From an uncultured virus (IMG/VR IMGVR_UViG_3300028833_000062) (lineage: Duplodnaviria; Heunggongvirae; Uroviricota; Caudoviricetes): 20,000 nucleotides of DNA. Below the pieces are notes generated by a model, which was not told where the DNA came from, made no database searches, and was given only the letters and a program-made list of their open reading frames with translations. This document shows, in pieces, positions 16,754 through 20,000 of the stretch. The stretch is from IMG/VR virus record IMGVR_UViG_3300028833_000062. One strand, written 5' to 3'. A program made the translations under genes and the position numbers. Numbering within the stretch: the first letter of the stretch is position 1; every line of letters begins with the position of its first letter.

Positions 16754-17308
16754 ATGAGACCACGTATAAAAAAATCTGAAATATCATCTTATAGTATGGT
16801 TCCTCTTGATGAAGGAAAAGCAGATGATAAATATATACAAGATAATGATGGTATAGTATATAAAGTAATGCCAACACATTATCTTAAACTTTCACCATGG
16901 AAAGATGGTGAAGATAGACGCGTACATGAAATTGAAGAAGATTCATATCATATGATAACATATAAGAATGCTTGTATGATTATTAATAAACAATTTAATA
17001 ATACTGTAGAAGATTGGGAATTCAATGGTAAGAAGTATATTGCCAATGCTATAGGTGATAATAAAAATATTGAAGAATACTCTTATCTTCTTTCTACACT
17101 TCCTAATCATACAATTACTATTTCAAGTAATGATAATCTTTCTGAATTAAAACTTATTAGACATAAAGGAAAGATGTATTATATTCTAATTATTAATGAA
17201 TTCTTACCACGAGTTAAAGCATATGATCTTTTTGGTAACTTCTGTATGTGGGCTGGAATTGATAATTGTAAACCGATATTTTGTAAAGATGATAGGAGAT
17301 ATATTTAA
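16754..17308 (+). CDS. Hypothetical protein
   Basis: 184-aa monocistronic ORF. Confidence 0.8.
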   Translation: MRPRIKKSEISSYSMVPLDEGKADDKYIQDNDGIVYKVMPTHYLKLSPWKDGEDRRVHEIEEDSYHMITYKNACMIINKQFNNTVEDWEFNGKKYIANAIGDNKNIEEYSYLLSTLPNHTITISSNDNLSELKLIRHKGKMYYILIINEFLPRVKAYDLFGNFCMWAGIDNCKPIFCKDDRRYI

Positions 17309-17346
17309 GAGGAAATTTTTGAATTTCCTCTTTTTTGTACTATATT
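17307..17346 (+). terminator. Terminator hairpin overlapping a motif A promoter
   Basis: AAGAGGAAATT / AATTTCCTCTT stem plus Ts; TTGAAT at 17319-17324, a 16-nt spacer, then TATATT at 17341-17346. Confidence 0.75.
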
Positions 17347-17363
17347 ATTAATGTAATTAATTA

Positions 17364-17645
17364 ATGAACATTATGAAATATTCAGGTTGTTTAAGAAATC
17401 AAATTAATCAATGGTTTAATGAACATTTTACTTTTGATGCAAGTGATATTCATGATACTGATGAAGCTTATCCTGAGTATGAAAAAAGATGTAAAGAATT
17501 TATTGATTCTGTAACTTATGATGATGCTAAAAAATGTCTTGAAGATTTAAATTCTGAGAGATATGATTATGACAAACTTGGTCTTGAATGGACTGATACT
17601 ATTTATAGTTTTCTTAAGAAATGTGCTGATAAAATAACTTGGTAA
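17364..17645 (+). CDS. Hypothetical protein
   Basis: 93-aa ORF directly after motif A. Confidence 0.75.
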   Translation: MNIMKYSGCLRNQINQWFNEHFTFDASDIHDTDEAYPEYEKRCKEFIDSVTYDDAKKCLEDLNSERYDYDKLGLEWTDTIYSFLKKCADKITW

Positions 17646-17656
17646 TTTAAGATATT

Positions 17657-17803
17657 ATGAAAGTAAATACTACTAAGATTATGAAGTCCTATTATGATTC
17701 TGATTATATGGGTTCTGGAAAATCAAACAATGCAAAGCGCCGCATGAAAAATATGCTTAATGCCAAAGTAAATCGTATGTTAAATAAAATATTTGCTGAG
17801 TAA
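17657..17803 (+). CDS. 48-aa basic protein MKVNTTKIMKSYYDSDYMGSGKSNNAKRRMKNMLNAKVNRMLNKIFAE
   Basis: Fills the gap between neighbouring genes; below the ORF-track cutoff. Confidence 0.7.
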   Translation: MKVNTTKIMKSYYDSDYMGSGKSNNAKRRMKNMLNAKVNRMLNKIFAE

Positions 17804-17805
17804 TT

Positions 17806-18027
17806 ATGAAACTGAATGAATTTATTGATAAGTTAATTGAATTTCGGGATGAATATAATGCTGGAGAATTTAATGTCTGCACAGATGAATTAGACTATGA
17901 TGTACAATGTGGAGAAATCCAGGATGTTTATCTTGAACCAGTTGAATTAACTGATGAACAAATTGTTTTTAATAAAGACAAGGAGTATATTAGAATTTGT
18001 GCGGTAGATCATAACAAAGAATGTTAA
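17806..18027 (+). CDS. Small acidic hypothetical protein
   Basis: 73-aa ORF abutting the next gene. Confidence 0.75.
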   Translation: MKLNEFIDKLIEFRDEYNAGEFNVCTDELDYDVQCGEIQDVYLEPVELTDEQIVFNKDKEYIRICAVDHNKEC

Positions 18028-18702
18028 ATGAGTTATATTAATATAAAATTTAATACAGACCTTAGAAAAGTATTTACTAAGGATGAAGAAATTAAGTTTG
18101 ACTTCAGTGATAAAGATATAATCCTTATTACTGGAGCAAATGGTAGTGGTAAATCTACTCTTATTAATTCTCTTCGTGCTCATCTTTGTACTAATAATGA
18201 TAGACAAGATGAACATCTTGGTACTACTAATCTTCTTTATAATGAAATTAGGTCTGAACTTAAACCAATCACTGAAGTAGATACTGATTTTAAGAGTGCA
18301 TATTATCTTTCATCTGAATTTGATGATCCTCTTTCAATGTATACAACATTTGATGCTAGTGCATTTATCGATAATGGTGGATGGGCAACTTCTCATGTAA
18401 GTAAAGGACAAAGACTTCTTTATCAATTTGTCCAATATATGAAAAAGTATAGAGACAACTTTGATGAAAATACTCTTATTGTTTTTGATGAAGTTGATAC
18501 CGGATATGATCTTAAAAATCAGATTACATTCTATAAACTTCTTCCTAAGATGTGTAAGAATTATGGATGTAAGTGTATTGTAATTACCCATTGTGCTATT
18601 CCTTTCATTTATGGAGATTATTCTATTTATGATATGAGTGAGAAGAAGTTTATTGATAATGGTAAAGATTATCTTAATAATATAATTGAATCTGTAAAAT
18701 GA
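18028..18702 (+). CDS. Stand-alone ABC-superfamily ATPase
   Basis: Walker A GANGSGKS, signature-like SKGQ, Walker B LIVFDE, H-loop VITH. Confidence 0.88.
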   Translation: MSYINIKFNTDLRKVFTKDEEIKFDFSDKDIILITGANGSGKSTLINSLRAHLCTNNDRQDEHLGTTNLLYNEIRSELKPITEVDTDFKSAYYLSSEFDDPLSMYTTFDASAFIDNGGWATSHVSKGQRLLYQFVQYMKKYRDNFDENTLIVFDEVDTGYDLKNQITFYKLLPKMCKNYGCKCIVITHCAIPFIYGDYSIYDMSEKKFIDNGKDYLNNIIESVK

Positions 18703-19139
18703 GCCCGACTAAAATTAATCGACTTCTTAATGAAGCTCTTGAAAAGTATGGTAATATTGATATTATTCAATTGATTGACTATTACTGGCAAGATACATAT
18801 GAAGGAAGCAATAATTGGAAAGTAAGAAAAAAACTTACTCTTCAAGATATTATAGATGCTAATCCAGATTCTACATTTCAACTTGATATTAATACTTGGC
18901 AGCCTTATGTAACTATTAGAGATATTCTTAAGTATCTTGAAAGTGAAGAAAAAGCTATTAATTATCTTCCAATTAAAGTATCTGTTTTTTATGAAGATTC
19001 TAAGCAAAGAGCTGAAGAACTAAGGAAAGCACATCCTAAAGAAGAAGCAGATAAGAAAGCATTTTTAGAACATGCATTTTCATTATTTAATCCATATAGC
19101 GAATCTTATAGAGCTATTAAAAAAATTTATGATATTTAA
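18699..19139 (+). CDS. Hypothetical protein
   Basis: 146-aa ORF with an ATGA overlap with the ATPase gene. Confidence 0.75.
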   Translation: MSPTKINRLLNEALEKYGNIDIIQLIDYYWQDTYEGSNNWKVRKKLTLQDIIDANPDSTFQLDINTWQPYVTIRDILKYLESEEKAINYLPIKVSVFYEDSKQRAEELRKAHPKEEADKKAFLEHAFSLFNPYSESYRAIKKIYDI

Positions 19140-19141
19140 TT

Positions 19142-19447
19142 ATGGCACTTTGGAAAACTTTTGAAGAATTTTGGGAAAATTCTGGTATACTTGAAACTGA
19201 TGCATTTAGATGTATAGCTGAAACTTGCGGATTTACAAAAGATAATGTACCTGAAGCATTGCAAAGTTGGGCTAGAACTATATGGGGATTATCTGGGATT
19301 GATGGATATAATGCTGGACGAAAATCAGGATATGATGATTGTGATGAAAGTTGGAAATCAATTCTTGATGTAGTTGCTATTCTATTAAGAGGCAATGGAG
19401 ATCAAAAAATGAATGATGATATTATAAAAGTATTAAAAAATAAATAA
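19142..19447 (+). CDS. Hypothetical protein
   Basis: 101-aa ORF tightly packed in the operon. Confidence 0.75.
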   Translation: MALWKTFEEFWENSGILETDAFRCIAETCGFTKDNVPEALQSWARTIWGLSGIDGYNAGRKSGYDDCDESWKSILDVVAILLRGNGDQKMNDDIIKVLKNK

Positions 19448-19448
19448 T

Positions 19449-19543
19449 ATGTGGAAGGAACTTTGGAATCTTATTAAAATTATAGCTGGGGCGTAGCTTC
19501 TGGTTTAATTACTGCAAAAATTATTGAATTTTTGAAGAAGTAA
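19449..19543 (+). pseudogene. Small amphipathic peptide gene interrupted by a 1-nt frameshift in a G4 run
   Basis: As given: MWKELWNLIKIIAGA-TAG. With one extra G at 19488-19491: MWKELWNLIKIIAGGVASGLITAKIIEFLKK-TAA. Confidence 0.5.
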
Positions 19544-19553
19544 TTACTATATT
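19524..19553 (+). promoter_or_regulatory. Motif A promoter (18-nt spacer) upstream of dnaK
   Basis: TTGAAT at 19524-19529 and TATATT at 19548-19553. Confidence 0.5.
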
Positions 19554-19639
19554 AAAAATTGAAAGAAACATTATTATTAATTACAATCTAGTGTAAAGCT
19601 AGATTGAGCAACTAAAAAAATATTTAAAACATAATTATT

Positions 19640-20000
19640 ATGAGCAACAAAAGAACATGTGGTATCGACTTGGGTACCAGTACGCTTTGCGTAGCAATTA
19701 CCGAAAATGGTAAATCTAAGGTTATTGAAAATGCAGAAGGTCGTAGGACCACCCCTTCTATGGTCTTTTTGAAGGGTGATGAACGTAAGATTGGCGATTC
19801 TGCTAAGCGTTCTGCAATTATGAATCCTAAAAATACAGTTAATTTGATTAAACGTTTCATGGGTGTAGAGTATTCTGATGCTGATGCACAGAAGACTATG
19901 AAGAGTGTTACCTATGAAGTTGTAAATGATAATGGTCGTCCAAGAGTAAAGATTGATGATAAGACTTATACTCCTGAACAGATTTCTACTATGTATCTTG
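19640..20000 (+). CDS. dnaK: Hsp70/DnaK chaperone, runs off the 3' end of the window
   Basis: Own translation (absent from the ORF track): MSNKRTCGIDLGTSTLCVAITENGKSKVIENAEGRRTTPSMV...IGDSAKRSAIMNPKNTVNLIKRFMG...YTPEQIS. Confidence 0.95.
   Translation, partial: MSNKRTCGIDLGTSTLCVAITENGKSKVIENAEGRRTTPSMVFLKGDERKIGDSAKRSAIMNPKNTVNLIKRFMGVEYSDADAQKTMKSVTYEVVNDNGRPRVKIDDKTYTPEQISTMYL

Noticed and set aside
1635..19860. Antisense or nested ORFs in the track (1635, 4030, 4305, 4570, 6594, 6933, 8223, 8469, 8530, 9767, 11048, 13044, 13617, 15452, 17947, 18334, 18669, 19117, 19624)
   Set aside because: They are shadows of better-supported genes; 19624..19860 is antisense to dnaK.
1..20000. Stop-codon reassignment (TAG to Gln, as in Lak phages)
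   Set aside because: Genes, including long structural ones, are intact in the standard code with no in-frame TAG. TAG is simply avoided (stops are TAA and two TGA). The TAG at 19494 is better explained by a frameshift.

Overview
Very AT-rich, gene-dense DNA that reads as part of a large (jumbo-type) tailed phage. A Bacteroidota host is likely but inferred: starts lack Shine-Dalgarno sites, and the Amidase_3 endolysin and DnaK look Bacteroides-like. Contents: the 3' part of a divergent UDP-galactopyranose mutase (Glf) homolog; an intact DHH/DHHA1 phosphoesterase plus an apparently dead paralog; a cREC receiver-like protein; a divergent cluster of fibre/adhesin genes (SHAEG repeats, BspA-like LRR); a tRNA-like RNA with an abnormal anticodon arm; an HExxH protein and amidase; an ABC-type ATPase; many small ORFans; and the 5' end of dnaK. 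Best leads: (1) unrelated small proteins share a 10-aa leader ending in Glu plus KL[HK]LNK, resembling the T4 capsid-targeting sequence; (2) two distinct upstream motifs split the genes into putative early and late sets; (3) fibre genes carry matching N- and C-terminal peptides that suggest head-to-tail chaining; (4) two adjacent putative pseudoenzymes. All family calls come from motif recognition by eye; no searches were run.
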